From NCBI RefSeq assembly GCF_009914755.1, contig NC_060947.1: 64,000 bases of DNA. The stretch is one strand, 5' to 3'. The stretch is from the human T2T-CHM13v2.0 reference genome, Homo sapiens. Below the pieces are notes generated by a model. It was not told where the DNA came from, ran no database searches, and saw nothing but the letters and a program-made list of their open reading frames with translations. This document shows positions 63,791-64,000 of this stretch, piece by piece. A program made the translations under genes and the position numbers. Within the stretch, counting starts at the first letter, position 1, and every line of letters starts with the position of its first letter.

Positions 63791-64000
63791 TTAGTTTGGT
63801 GTAAAAGTAATTGTGGTTTTGGACCATGGATTTTAAATCATTACAACTAGGCTCACATTTTTGCAAACAAGAAATGTTTGTTTATTCCTGTACTGTAAAA
63901 ATCCATGCTTTGGGATTTGATAAAGTCTTGGAAAGCATTTTCTGCATCCTGCTGGTTGTGGAAGCGTTTTCCCTGCAATAAAAGTCGAGATGCTTGAAGA
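63791..64000 (-). mobile_element. Hsmar1 mariner transposon 3' end (TIR plus transposase C-terminus), running off the window edge
   Basis: TA followed by TIR ttagtttggtgtaaaagtaattgtggtttt. The minus strand encodes FKHLD..LQGKRFHNQQDAENAFQDFIKS, matching the Hsmar1/SETMAR transposase C-terminus, with indels. Confidence 0.93.

Overview
This is primate (human-like) nuclear DNA: AT-rich, CpG-depleted and dominated by repeats, consistent with an intergenic or deep intronic region. It is not prokaryotic, and I see no CRISPR array, rRNA, tRNA or CpG island. I cannot support any intact protein-coding gene; the supplied ORFs are L1 ORF2 remnants, Alu or microsatellite translations, or chance ORFs. 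The window holds about 25 Alu/FLAM copies or fragments, many L1s (L1PA7 to L1ME age), L2, CR1/L3, MIR, MaLR/ERVL LTRs, a solo LTR12 (ERV9) and DNA transposon fossils (MER1A, MER3, MER5A, MER44A, MER45A, MADE1, the 3' end of Hsmar1). I found no convincing new biological system. The best observations concern rearrangement history: a 67-bp inverted copy (66/67 identical) of a nearby L1 tail inside a palindromic microsatellite (23.3-23.8 kb); a three-arm chimeric AluY/AluSc inside one 16-bp TSD (60.0-60.5 kb); two twin-primed inverted L1s; a head-to-head L1MA pair; a candidate retrocopied 3'UTR fragment (29.8-30.4 kb); and an LTR12 promoter facing two weak minus-strand exon candidates. Subfamily names come from consensus motifs recalled from memory, and boundaries are approximate unless a TSD is given.
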